Shown: positions 44,432 to 54,176, counted from the stretch's first letter. The stretch: 64,000 nt of DNA from Synechococcus sp. (GCA_051439605.1 JBFRWN010000075.1:64570-128569), one strand, 5' to 3'. The notes: a model not told the origin generated them from the sequence alone. Numbers and translations are program-made.

Positions 44432-44964
44432 TGAGCAATCGCCCCGCGTCTTCTCCTGGTGAAGAATCCACAGAACGAGAGTTGACCTCCTCCGAAGAGG
44501 GGGTTTCTCAGGGAATGGGTTCAACTGAACCCGCCTCAGCAGAAGCATCGGAGGGTTCCCCAGCGGAGCAAAACCTGTCTGCTGAAGCTTTCACTTCGCC
44601 TGGGACTGGAACACCAGAGAACAAGCCAGTTTATGCCATGTCAGTGGCAGCAGATTTGGTGAATATGCACCCCCAAACATTGCGGCAGTACGAGAGACGG
44701 GGGCTACTCCAGCCCCAGCGAGATGGTAAGAATCGGCTGTATTCTCAGAACGACATCGATCGCATTTTGTACATCCAGCAACTCACTCAGGATTTAGGGG
44801 TGAATTTAGCGGGAGTGGAGGAAATTTCTCGTCTGCAGTTGGAACTGGAGCGGCAAAAACAGAAAATGCAGTCAGAAATTCAGCGCCTGCACCAGCAAAT
44901 TGCAACCTTAGAAGACCGGCTGGATGAAGAGGGAACTGGGGAGGTTCTGGAGGGACGATCGTAA
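44431..44964 (+). CDS. hspR: MerR-family heat-shock repressor HspR
   Basis: PVYAMSVAADLVNMHPQTLRQYERRGLL.P.R...RLYS..DI...IQQLTQDLGVNLAGV is the HspR signature. Acidic disordered N-terminal extension and C-terminal coiled coil. Confidence 0.82.
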   Translation: MSNRPASSPGEESTERELTSSEEGVSQGMGSTEPASAEASEGSPAEQNLSAEAFTSPGTGTPENKPVYAMSVAADLVNMHPQTLRQYERRGLLQPQRDGKNRLYSQNDIDRILYIQQLTQDLGVNLAGVEEISRLQLELERQKQKMQSEIQRLHQQIATLEDRLDEEGTGEVLEGRS

Positions 44965-45168
44965 GAAGTTGAAAGACATCGCGGAATCCCTGTACTGTGC
45001 TTGTGTCGTGACCGTCAAGTCGCCTGGGACAGCTCAGCCATCCAGAAACCTGACAAGGGTATGATCTTGTCGGATTTATCTGTGATGACAACAGCTATAC
45101 AACTATTCCAAACGCATAGGAGCGATTTAGGATTGTCACAGCCCTGAAGTTTCTCCCCCACCTACCCC

Positions 45169-45567
45169 ATGGATCAACTGGAACGCCTGATTATGCTGGC
45201 GGAAGATGAGCTAACTGAATACAGCACCGAAGCTCGCAAGATTGAAAAGCTGCGCCGCACGATTGGTTTGTCTGTGTCTCGCTTCGAGCAGCAGCAGGTG
45301 CGAGAGGCTCTGGCAGAAATGCTGCCCAAGGGGGGAATTGCACGGGCGGTGGAAAAACAGCGACAAAACTTTGCCTTGCCATTGTGGGGGGTTGCAGGCT
45401 TGGGGCTTCTTGAAGGGTTTCAAGGAATTACCTACGGATGGTTGGCGGCGATCGCCGGAGTGATGGGGGCGTTTAGCATCCAAAGGTGGGGATGGCAGAT
45501 GCAGGCAAAGCGGCTGTTGATGAAGACATTTGAAGATATTGATGCTCGCACTGCCGATATGAAGTGA
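45169..45567 (+). CDS. conserved cyanobacterial hypothetical membrane protein
   Basis: LAEDELTEYST.ARK.EKLRR.I ... ALPLWG.AGLG ... Q.WGW..QAKRL. Two TM segments. Confidence 0.75.
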   Translation: MDQLERLIMLAEDELTEYSTEARKIEKLRRTIGLSVSRFEQQQVREALAEMLPKGGIARAVEKQRQNFALPLWGVAGLGLLEGFQGITYGWLAAIAGVMGAFSIQRWGWQMQAKRLLMKTFEDIDARTADMK

Positions 45568-45693
45568 GGCAGTCACAAAATTTGCAGAGTTTTTATCAAG
45601 GATGGGGGACTGCTTTCCAACACTCACTCCCCTCTCAGGCAGTCATGGGACAAGTAAGAAATTAGCTGGTTTCACCCAACTGTGAGATTGACA

Positions 45694-47976
45694 ATGCAAC
45701 TCGCACCGATTGCCAAAAACCTCGTGCTTGTGGGAGCTGGGCATAGCCACGCGATCGCCTTGAAGCTGTTTGGCATGCATCCCATCCCTGGGGTGCAAAT
45801 CACGATTATTACCGAGACCACCTACACCCCCTATTCCGGCATGCTCCCGGGGCACGTCGCGGGGTACTACAGCCTGGACGACTGCCACATCGACATGCGT
45901 CCTCTCTCTCAATTTGCCAATGCTCGTTTATTCATCGATCGCGTCGTCGGGCTCGACCTCGATCGGCAAGAGGTGCTCTGTGCCAACCGGCCTGCGGTGC
46001 CCTACGACCTGCTGTCCATCAATATCGGCAGCACTCCAGCTAAGGCAAATGCGGCGGGGGCCGAGAAATTTGCCATCCCCTCTAAACCCATTCGCCAGTT
46101 TTTAGCTCGTTGGCATCAGGTGGTGGAGAATGTGCGGCAACAGCCAGATCGCCCCTTGACGTTCGCGATTGTGGGCGGGGGAGTGGGAGGCGTAGAGCTA
46201 TCGCTGAATATGCGATCGCGCCTGCACCAAATCCTGCAGGAGGCAGGCCAGGCCACCTCCAATGTGGCGATACATTTATTTCAGCGGGGGGAACTTCTGG
46301 TTCCCGACCTCAACCACAAAGCTCGCCACCTACTAACTCAAAATCTGATTCAGCAGGGCATTCACATCCACCTGCAGCAGCAAGTCACTGAAGTGCAGCC
46401 CGATCGCATCTTTACTCAATCGGGTCAGGAGCTGGCTTGCGATCGCATCTTTTGGGTCACCCAAGCCAGTGCTCAGCCCTGGATCTCTACCTCGGGATTA
46501 GCTACTGACGAACACGGTTTTATTGCCTTGCGGGAAACTCTCCAGTCGGAGTCTCACCCCAACGTGTTTGCCGCCGGAGATATCTCTGCAGTGACCGCCC
46601 ACCCTCGCCCCAAGGCGGGGGTATTTGCCGTGCGGCAAGGGAAACCCCTCTACAAAAATCTGCGGCGGATGTTGTTGGGGCAGCCTCCTCAGCCGTTCAA
46701 ACCGCAAAAAGACTTTTTACGCATTATCGGTACCGGCTCCAAATCTGCGGTGGCCTGCAAGTGGAATTGGGCATGGCAATCTCATTGGATGTGGCGCTGG
46801 AAGGAGTGGATCGAATTTCGATTCATGGATCGATTTCGCCAATTGCCCACCATGGCTGCGGAGGAGACGCCACTACAGGAAGGCTTGATGGACCCAGACA
46901 CCTTAAAAGAGCTTTCGGCAGCAGCCATGCGGTGCGGCGGTTGCGGTTCCAAGGTGGGGAGTTCTGTGCTGGGTCGAGTGCTAGAAAATGTGAAGGCCCA
47001 AGCTCCTTCTGAAGCTCGGTCGGGTACGGTAGCCGCCTCCACAATTTTGGTTGGGCTAAATACCCCAGATGATGCAGCAGTCTTGAGTATCCCCCCCGAT
47101 CGCCTGCTGGTACAAACCCTCGACTATTTCAAGGCGATCCTTGAGGATCCCTACCTGGTTGGGCAGATCGTCACCCACCATTGCCTGAGCGACCTCTTTG
47201 CCATGGGAGCTGACCCCCACAGCGTATTGGCGCTGGCGGCGGTGCCCTTCGCCACCGAACGCATTATGGAAGACAACTTAACCCAACTGTTGCTGGGGTG
47301 CCTCAAGGTGTTGCATCAGTCAGGAGCTGCTTTGGTGGGGGGACATTCGGTAGAAGATAGCGAATTGGGATTTGGTTTGTCCTGTAACGGCTTGGTGCAA
47401 CCAGAAAGGCTGATGACGAAGGAGGGACTGCAACCTGGACAGCAACTGATCGTGACCAAGCCTTTGGGGACAGGAGTGTTGTTCGCAGCACACATGCGAG
47501 CGCAGGCAGATGGCCGCTGGATCGATGCGGCGCTAGACACCATGCTGCAATCGAATCAGGCGGCAGCGAGGTGTTTCCAGCAATATGGTGTCAGCACGTG
47601 CACGGATGTCACTGGTTTTGGCCTACTAGGTCATTTGGTTGAAATGATACGAGCTTCTGAGGTCTCCGTGCGCCTAAATCTAGAGGCTCTCCCCGTCATG
47701 GATGGAGCATTACCTTTATTTGCCAAAGGAGTCGCTAGCTCTTTGCAGCCACAGAATCTGCGAGCGGCCCTCTTTTTGAAAGATACCGATCTCCTCAGCC
47801 AGCACCCTCTATATCCCCTCTTATTTGACCCGCAAACCTCCGGTGGTCTACTGGCGGCTGTCGATCGCGAGCGGGCGATGGATTGCCTGTCAGCCTTGCA
47901 CCAGCAGGGTTATACACATAGCTCCATCATCGCTACCGCCATCCCTGTAGAGGGCACACCCACCGTTTATGCCTGA
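45694..47976 (+). CDS. selD: selenide,water dikinase SelD fused to N-terminal FAD/NADH oxidoreductase domain
   Basis: LVLVGAGHSH, PYSGMLPG, IVGGGVGGVEL, FAAGD, RPKAGVFAVRQG. Then MRCGGCGSK, PDDAA, QTLDYF, LSDLFAMG, GGHS, TKPLGTG, TDVTGFGLLGHL, DPQTSGGLL. Confidence 0.92.
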   Translation: MQLAPIAKNLVLVGAGHSHAIALKLFGMHPIPGVQITIITETTYTPYSGMLPGHVAGYYSLDDCHIDMRPLSQFANARLFIDRVVGLDLDRQEVLCANRPAVPYDLLSINIGSTPAKANAAGAEKFAIPSKPIRQFLARWHQVVENVRQQPDRPLTFAIVGGGVGGVELSLNMRSRLHQILQEAGQATSNVAIHLFQRGELLVPDLNHKARHLLTQNLIQQGIHIHLQQQVTEVQPDRIFTQSGQELACDRIFWVTQASAQPWISTSGLATDEHGFIALRETLQSESHPNVFAAGDISAVTAHPRPKAGVFAVRQGKPLYKNLRRMLLGQPPQPFKPQKDFLRIIGTGSKSAVACKWNWAWQSHWMWRWKEWIEFRFMDRFRQLPTMAAEETPLQEGLMDPDTLKELSAAAMRCGGCGSKVGSSVLGRVLENVKAQAPSEARSGTVAASTILVGLNTPDDAAVLSIPPDRLLVQTLDYFKAILEDPYLVGQIVTHHCLSDLFAMGADPHSVLALAAVPFATERIMEDNLTQLLLGCLKVLHQSGAALVGGHSVEDSELGFGLSCNGLVQPERLMTKEGLQPGQQLIVTKPLGTGVLFAAHMRAQADGRWIDAALDTMLQSNQAAARCFQQYGVSTCTDVTGFGLLGHLVEMIRASEVSVRLNLEALPVMDGALPLFAKGVASSLQPQNLRAALFLKDTDLLSQHPLYPLLFDPQTSGGLLAAVDRERAMDCLSALHQQGYTHSSIIATAIPVEGTPTVYA

Positions 47977-47992
47977 GCCATTAGAGACTATA

Positions 47993-48033
47993 AAAAACAG
48001 GGCTGCCATCTCTAGGATTACAGCCCTGTTTTT
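47993..48033. terminator. bidirectional intrinsic terminator
   Basis: AAAAACAGGGCTG ... CAGCCCTGTTTTT perfect 13-bp inverted repeat. Confidence 0.85.
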
Positions 48034-48152
48034 GTTTGTTGTTTTTTAAGAGGGTACGAACTTGTACGGGATCGACATCTACCTTCGTTACCTCAAACTT
48101 TGCGATCTAAACTCTGATGTACTCGAACATCTTCAAGATAGACAATCAACAC

Positions 48153-48353
48153 TTAGTGAATGGTCCTAGTTACCCGAATATCAAATTCAATTCCTGAGGG
48201 ATGGTCAGATTTAGCTCTATTTCTGGCCAAGACATCTGCCCCTTTGCGTGTTTCTGCGGATACCTCGTAACGTTCCGTCATCATGGCACTACTGGTCTTC
48301 GCAGTATCTTTCATCTCCAAGATATCCACAAAGACCTCATACATATGACTCAT
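48153..48353 (-). CDS. small hypothetical protein (66 aa)
   Basis: AGGAG RBS upstream of ATG; beta-beta-alpha-beta-like pattern. Confidence 0.65.
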   Translation of the reverse strand: MSHMYEVFVDILEMKDTAKTSSAMMTERYEVSAETRKGADVLARNRAKSDHPSGIEFDIRVTRTIH

Positions 48354-48658
48354 TGCCTTTCTCCTGAATCATTTCGTCCAGCCCAGCTCGGAAAGACTAT
48401 AGCTGAATATTGCACAGTATAGGGAGGCAGAGTTGAGTTGTGGGGAGCACGTTAAGTTCTGTTAGAGGGGTTGTTCAAGCTTTACCTTTCGATGTGTTTC
48501 TTTATTGTCAAGTGAACAATAGTTTGGACTTGCTAAATTCACCCGTTCGCCAAAATGGAGGCGAAGAAGCGAAAGACTAGAGACAATTTCATGTGGGTAT
48601 CCTTATGGCCAGATACCCATTGCATGGGACGTTCGTCTACCTCAACAACTCAAGAACG

Positions 48659-49348
48659 ATGGTTGCTGTTATTGATGCTGCCCCCAGCGCTAGGGCTGAA
48701 TTTATCCGTAAAACCTACAGTCACTTAGCAGGGGCGATCGCTGGGTTTGTGGTGCTGGAATGGATACTCTTTCGGCTCGGAATTGCGCAATTGCTGTTTG
48801 ACTTGGTCGCGTCCGTCTCCTATGCGTGGTTGGGCGTTCTGGCGGGATTTGGATTGTTGGGCTGGTTGGCAAGGGGGATGGCCTCCAAAGCAGATGACCA
48901 AAACCTGCAATATTTTGGCTTGGGTTTATATGTGATTGGGGAAGCATTGATTTTTGCTCCTCTGCTCTACATTGCTGCAGCCTATTCCGACGCTACCGTC
49001 ATTCCGACAGCTGCGATATTGACGCTGGTGATGTTTGCCGGACTCACAACGATCGCCTTTACTACGGGGAAAGACTTCACGTTCCTGGGAGGTGTTCTCA
49101 AAATCAGCGGATTTGTGGCACTGGGCTTGATTATCTGCAGCATTATTTTTGGATTTACCCTCGGCCTCGTCTTTTCTGCAGCGATGATCGCCTTTGCTTC
49201 AGCAGCAATTTTGTACGACACCTCCAAGGTGATGTACCACTACCAATCCCATCAATATGTTGCTGCTTCCCTTGAGCTCTTTGCATCTGTTGCGTTGCTG
49301 TTCTGGTACGTGTTGCGGATATTGATGCAGATATCTGCCCGAGACTAA
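48659..49348 (+). CDS. Bax inhibitor-1 / YccA family membrane protein
   Basis: RAEFIRKTYSHL, KDFTFLGG, ILYDTS, YVAASLELF. About 7 TM segments. Confidence 0.9.
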   Translation: MVAVIDAAPSARAEFIRKTYSHLAGAIAGFVVLEWILFRLGIAQLLFDLVASVSYAWLGVLAGFGLLGWLARGMASKADDQNLQYFGLGLYVIGEALIFAPLLYIAAAYSDATVIPTAAILTLVMFAGLTTIAFTTGKDFTFLGGVLKISGFVALGLIICSIIFGFTLGLVFSAAMIAFASAAILYDTSKVMYHYQSHQYVAASLELFASVALLFWYVLRILMQISARD

Positions 49349-49534
49349 GCAGTTTGACTATTCTCACACCCATTCAGACCGCTTCAGATCGTCCGTTCTT
49401 TACAGTCTAAGCAAAGAGATTGTTCCTAAAAGCACACTTAATACCCAGAACTCTATGTTATTCATTGCCTAATCCCTATTTATCGTCAACAATATCTCCG
49501 TGTTGAGAATTTCCACTTCGAGGCCGTTCCAGTT

Positions 49535-50140
49535 TTGATGAACTTAACCAAAACCAGCAATGTCCTGAGTCTAGAGGAGGCGCTCTGCAAGCCTAAGGAG
49601 TTTTTGAAAGGGACGAGAACGTCCCAGCGACTTCCTAAGCTACTGCCGAAATTGCGGGCGGGGGAAATCCTACTCGACTACGAGATTCTCTCTGACAGTG
49701 AAGCTATCGTACAAGTCCAAATGCTTCTCAATCGTTCGCGTCATTGGGTTTGGAAACAACTCTCGAATTACGACAATTGGACAGAGCTATTGCCTAATGT
49801 GGTTTCTAGCACTGTCGTTGAACGCGGCTATCCGCAGCGAATCCGGCAGGCAGCAGGATTTCAGCTCTTTGGACTGGTCCCTCAGGTACAGGTGGAACTG
49901 CTGGTGCGGGAGCGAAACCAGAGGGAAATTCTATTCGAGGGGGTCAGTGGCAGTTTCAAGGCATTTCAGGCGGAGATGGCGCTACAGGATTGCCAAGAAG
50001 GGGTGCTGCTGACCTATTCGGTTGAAGCTGAATTGTTGTGGCCCATGCCGAAATTGGTTATTGAACAGGGAATTCTGCAGACTCTTTCCCATAATCTGAA
50101 AGCATTGCGCGCTAAATTGCGAGCCCCCAAAGCAGCCTGA
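49535..50140 (+). CDS. SRPBCC / polyketide cyclase family protein
   Basis: L.AGEILL, VWKQLSNYDNW..LPNV..S, F..VSGSF..F.A, LLTYSV.A....P.P. Confidence 0.8.
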   Translation: MMNLTKTSNVLSLEEALCKPKEFLKGTRTSQRLPKLLPKLRAGEILLDYEILSDSEAIVQVQMLLNRSRHWVWKQLSNYDNWTELLPNVVSSTVVERGYPQRIRQAAGFQLFGLVPQVQVELLVRERNQREILFEGVSGSFKAFQAEMALQDCQEGVLLTYSVEAELLWPMPKLVIEQGILQTLSHNLKALRAKLRAPKAA

Positions 50141-50240
50141 GAGTAATTCTCTTGGATGCTAGATAGTTGATGCTGTGAAGTCAGTTCATGTAGATGAACG
50201 TCTTGCGACACTGGTTTCGCGTTAGCGGAATCGGAAATTT

Positions 50241-51380
50241 CTACACCGGAATCGGCGAACATAAGGCTTCGGCAAGTTCTGCCTCCCGATCGGCTAGCTG
50301 GACAATGGCTGTACGATAAACATCGGCGATCGTCATCCCAGAATTAATTTGCTTCAACCACCGCTGAGCTTCATTCCCTTCCCTCAAAATCTTGCGGAGT
50401 GGTGAGAGAAAGCAGCTAAAACCCATCGGGTGAGCGGTTAACCAGGCTTCGGCATACTGTTGTTCTAGCCATGCGGCAGCCTGAATTTCTTGCCCAGTTT
50501 GCCAATGGATGAGCATGGCATCTAGCGAGTTTTTGGATACAGCTGCCTCGTTGCGATCGCAGATCTCAGCCATCTCTTCCGGAGTAAAGGCTCCGTTAAG
50601 GGGGTCATACCGCTCTGGATCGCGCAACATTTGCCATAGGCGCGCCTCCATCAATGCGGTCATGGATAGCAACGCGATCGGATCTCCTACCATTTCCGAA
50701 ATGCGCACCTCTACCCGATTGAGAAGCTTGGGGCGATCGGGACCGTTAGGGCGAACAGATGCCCACAAATGGCGCACGTTTTGCATCGTCCCGGCAGCAA
50801 GCTGCTCCGCCGTCCAATCGATATAGTGCTGATGATTCAGAAACAGAGGGACTTTTACAGGAGTGCGGGGGAACAGATGCCAGCGGGTGGAATGGTATCC
50901 GGTAACCTTACCATCCAAGAAAGGAGATGCTGCACTGAGGGCCAAGTAGAGTGCTGCTTCTGCCCGCAACAGGCGGGTGGCCTGAATCAAATGCTCGGTG
51001 TTGCTAATACCAATGTTGATGTGAACGCTTGCCGTGACCACATCGGTACCATAGGTTTGCTCGATATAGGTGTGGTAGGGGTTGTTGGGGTCGGAGCGGT
51101 GAAACTGACTGCTGCCCCCAAGCGCCAGCGTACTGCCTGGCAACAGAGTATATTCACCAAAGGTTTTTAGGTATTGCCTCAGTTCTAGCCGGGGTTTCAG
51201 TAGGGCACAGGGAAGGCGATCGTAGGTGCCGATCGGTGCTGTAGTGTATTCAACGTTGCGGTTATCGGGCTCCCGCACAAATCCAGGCAGATGGGCTGCA
51301 ATCCGGTCTGAAAATCCAACGGTTTCCCCTGCCGGACTCCCGGTGTACATCTCGACTTCAAATCCCTTACAAAGCAGCAC
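50241..51380 (-). CDS. gshA: glutamate--cysteine ligase, cyanobacterial type
   Basis: KGFEVEMYTG, FVREPDNRNVEYTT, VVTASVHINIG, SAASPFLDG, MQNVRHLW.SVRPNG, GNEAQRWL. Confidence 0.93.
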   Translation of the reverse strand: MLLCKGFEVEMYTGSPAGETVGFSDRIAAHLPGFVREPDNRNVEYTTAPIGTYDRLPCALLKPRLELRQYLKTFGEYTLLPGSTLALGGSSQFHRSDPNNPYHTYIEQTYGTDVVTASVHINIGISNTEHLIQATRLLRAEAALYLALSAASPFLDGKVTGYHSTRWHLFPRTPVKVPLFLNHQHYIDWTAEQLAAGTMQNVRHLWASVRPNGPDRPKLLNRVEVRISEMVGDPIALLSMTALMEARLWQMLRDPERYDPLNGAFTPEEMAEICDRNEAAVSKNSLDAMLIHWQTGQEIQAAAWLEQQYAEAWLTAHPMGFSCFLSPLRKILREGNEAQRWLKQINSGMTIADVYRTAIVQLADREAELAEALCSPIPV

Positions 51381-51603
51381 GGCAAGGCTCCGGTGAGGCG
51401 GCGTTCAAGACTAAGCTGGAGTTCAAGCTGCAAGAGCTTCAGCAATAGAGAGCCAGCAAAGTGCAGGGGCGCGGTTGGCAGGCATGATGAAATGCAGCAA
51501 CCGTACACATAGTTTAGCCCCGAGCAGCGATCGTCTCACCATTCGGGACCCAGTAAACTCCCTTAGACATACCTAAGAAGAGGGAACATTGTCAGGATGA
51601 GGC

Positions 51604-52605
51604 TTATACCGCTGCCAGCTTGGGCTCAACCGTCAGTGCTTCGTAAATAGCGCGTAGCTTGAGACCAACCATGACTTGGAACAAACCAGAACCGTTGCGG
51701 GAACCGGGGTAATCGGGGTTTTTGCGCAGAAGCTCAGTCAGTTCGCCGTACTGCTTAGTAGAAGTACCGCTGAGGTGGTTCTCGAGGTAGATAACCTCTT
51801 CGAGATTCTCAATCTGACCATCAACTTCCAGGATAGAAACGGGCTTTTCGAAGTAGCTGCTGGGGCCATAGTGCAGCTTGATGCCAGGGTAGGAGCAGGT
51901 GAGCTTGGTGCCGCAGGGAATCCAATCAATGGTAGACCCTTCATCAAACAAGTAAGCAGGTTCGAAGTTGCTCACCCCTTCAGATTGGACCAAGCGCACC
52001 TTGAGAATCTTGTGCTCTTGGTCTACTTCAGGAAGGAGATCGGTAGGCAGAACTTCAATCACCACATCGGCGTACTTCTTCTGGATGTCGATGTAGGCCT
52101 CGAAATCAGGGCGGCGGGCTTCGATAGAACGCAGGACGTCCTCGTAGGTGTGACCGCGTTCGGCCATATCCCGCTGCACTTTCCAAGCGACCTTAATCTC
52201 GGGGCTAATATCGAGGTAGACACTGAAGTCCAGGAGCTCGCGCACGCGCTCATCGTACATGGGGTGCAAACCCTCGATCACGACGATGCGGTTGGGGTCA
52301 ACTTTTTCGGGTGGATCGAGGAGGCCCGTCTCATGGTTGTAGATGGGCTTCATAATGCTCTCACCAGACTTGATTGCTTTCACCTGTTCGTACATCAAGT
52401 CAAAGTTGTTGGCGCGAGGATCGAGGGCGGTAATACCGGTCTCTTTGCGCTGGTAGCGGTCCAAAGAGTGGTAATCGTCCAGACAGATAGTGGTAATCAA
52501 GTCATCGCCGAAGAGATCGCTCAACCGGCGGAGAAAGGTGGATTTACCGCAACCGGAGTCTCCAGCTACACCAATCAGTACTACGCGGTCGATATTAGGG
52601 GCCAT
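51604..52605 (-). CDS. prk: phosphoribulokinase
   Basis: LIGVAGDSGCGKSTF, ICLDDYHSLDR, KPIYNHETG, EGLHP, WKVQRDMAERGH, PCG.KLTCSYPG. Confidence 0.98.
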   Translation of the reverse strand: MAPNIDRVVLIGVAGDSGCGKSTFLRRLSDLFGDDLITTICLDDYHSLDRYQRKETGITALDPRANNFDLMYEQVKAIKSGESIMKPIYNHETGLLDPPEKVDPNRIVVIEGLHPMYDERVRELLDFSVYLDISPEIKVAWKVQRDMAERGHTYEDVLRSIEARRPDFEAYIDIQKKYADVVIEVLPTDLLPEVDQEHKILKVRLVQSEGVSNFEPAYLFDEGSTIDWIPCGTKLTCSYPGIKLHYGPSSYFEKPVSILEVDGQIENLEEVIYLENHLSGTSTKQYGELTELLRKNPDYPGSRNGSGLFQVMVGLKLRAIYEALTVEPKLAAV

Positions 52606-53054
52606 TGTGTCTCCTTCGGTTGGACGTTAAATCTATGAGAGGGCTATCGGTGTTTTCGTATAGGAAGAACAGCTCTTAAGGGACAATCGCCATTCCATCA
52701 GCAGTTTGAGCTGGTGAAGACAGACTGTGAAGCAAATATTAAGCCTGTAAAATCCACCACAGTTTATCAGACAGCTTTTGACCCTCACAAGCCAAATCCT
52801 GCTGCGACCACAGGTAAATTTCTAATCATTCTAAGGTCAAGGTCAACAAACTTTGCTGTTAATGTCGATATTTTTTCGATTGCGCTTTGAGGCAATGCTA
52901 CCGTGAGGGGAACTGATGTTACCTACAAAGGCTTTAAGGTAAGGGGTTGTGGCTTGTTTTGCTCGTGGCTGCATACCGATCGCTATGAAGCTGAGTAGGA
53001 TTGCGACCTATCCTGTGTTGACTGATGTTTGGTTTGAATAATTGCGTTTGAGGT

Positions 53055-53360
53055 TTGGATGTGAGCGACGTTCGTTCGATGTTGAAGGAGTCCATGGCCC
53101 CAGCAGAATGGTCTTGGCTGCGATCGCATGCGGTGGCGGGTCGCATGGTGGTGGTGAGCCAGTTGCTCGATCTGATTGAAGTGGGTGAGGCGATCGCTGC
53201 GGACGACACGAGACAGGTGCAAGCTTGGTTAGACGAGGGCTTAGTGATGGTGGCGACGCAAGCGGAAATTGACAAGCGTGATAAGCTGCCTGGCAAAACG
53301 GAGATAATGGCGGCGATCGTCCAACCTTTCGTTTTAGTGCCTGCTTTAGAGAAAGATTAG
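53055..53360 (+). CDS. DUF2288 family protein
   Basis: AEWSWL..H, V...LDL.EVG.AIA.DD...V..W, A.IVQPFVL. Confidence 0.88.
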   Translation: MDVSDVRSMLKESMAPAEWSWLRSHAVAGRMVVVSQLLDLIEVGEAIAADDTRQVQAWLDEGLVMVATQAEIDKRDKLPGKTEIMAAIVQPFVLVPALEKD

Positions 53361-53771
53361 TGCGATTGCAGCCTTTAAAGAGAATAAATAAATTGGATGA
53401 ATGCGTGCTCCACTGACAATATCACGAATGCCACAGTGCTTGATTCTCAAGCACTTGGGGATGCTTTAAATGCGAACAATGAAGATGATTCGGTTTGGGT
53501 CAATAACGCTTATGGTGGCGAACTGATTTAGGCGGTGTTTGCATTCATGCGCTTTTACAGTCACATCCGCGAGTAAGCCTATCGCGATCGCCCCTTGAGC
53601 GACGAACAGAAAACGACCAACCAAGAGCAATCGCACATGCTAGCCAAGGTGGAAGATGTGTTTGAGTGGCTTCTGGCAAAAAAATAGTACTGTGTAGCTC
53701 ATGTACCTCGATACATAGGTACATTTCGCGAAATAATATCTCTTGATATGCAAACGCTTTCATTCACAGCC

Positions 53772-54176
53772 ATGATTCACAAAGTCGCTTCTCAAATTCG
53801 CCGTCTAGCCATCGCCATCCTCCTATTCGTTACCCTATGGTCTGGGTTTAATACTGCCACTATGGCCGAAGTCCCCTCGCAGGTCATGCGACTGCAACTT
53901 CAAGTGGACACCCTAGAGGATTACGTTGCTAACAAAGATTGGCTTGAAATTCGTTCCTACATCCACGGTCCTATGGGCCAAGTGCGTCGCCAGCTGTTTG
54001 TGATTGCCCAAAAGCTGCCTGAAAGCACCCGCGCTTCCATCGAAGATGACATCGAAAACGTCTCTAAAAACCTAAACATCATGGACGAGGCTGCCCAAAA
54101 CTACAACGAAAATCGCATCGCAACAGCTCAGAAAGCCCTTAATGAGTCCGTTGGAAATATTGCTGCTGCGTTCTAG
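53772..54176 (+). CDS. psbQ: PsbQ (CyanoQ)-like lumenal protein
   Basis: L...V..KDW.EIRSYIHGPMGQVR ... L..MDEAA four-helix pattern. Signal peptide without a lipobox Cys. Confidence 0.75.
   Translation: MIHKVASQIRRLAIAILLFVTLWSGFNTATMAEVPSQVMRLQLQVDTLEDYVANKDWLEIRSYIHGPMGQVRRQLFVIAQKLPESTRASIEDDIENVSKNLNIMDEAAQNYNENRIATAQKALNESVGNIAAAF

Noticed and set aside
29731..47976. Selenoneine cluster from egtD + GT2 + selD
   Set aside because: The genes are kilobases apart, separated by housekeeping genes, and there is no egtB/senA in the window.
51676..52638. 320-aa ORF antisense to prk
   Set aside because: It mirrors the prk frame, the typical shadow ORF of a highly codon-biased gene, and has no recognisable motifs.
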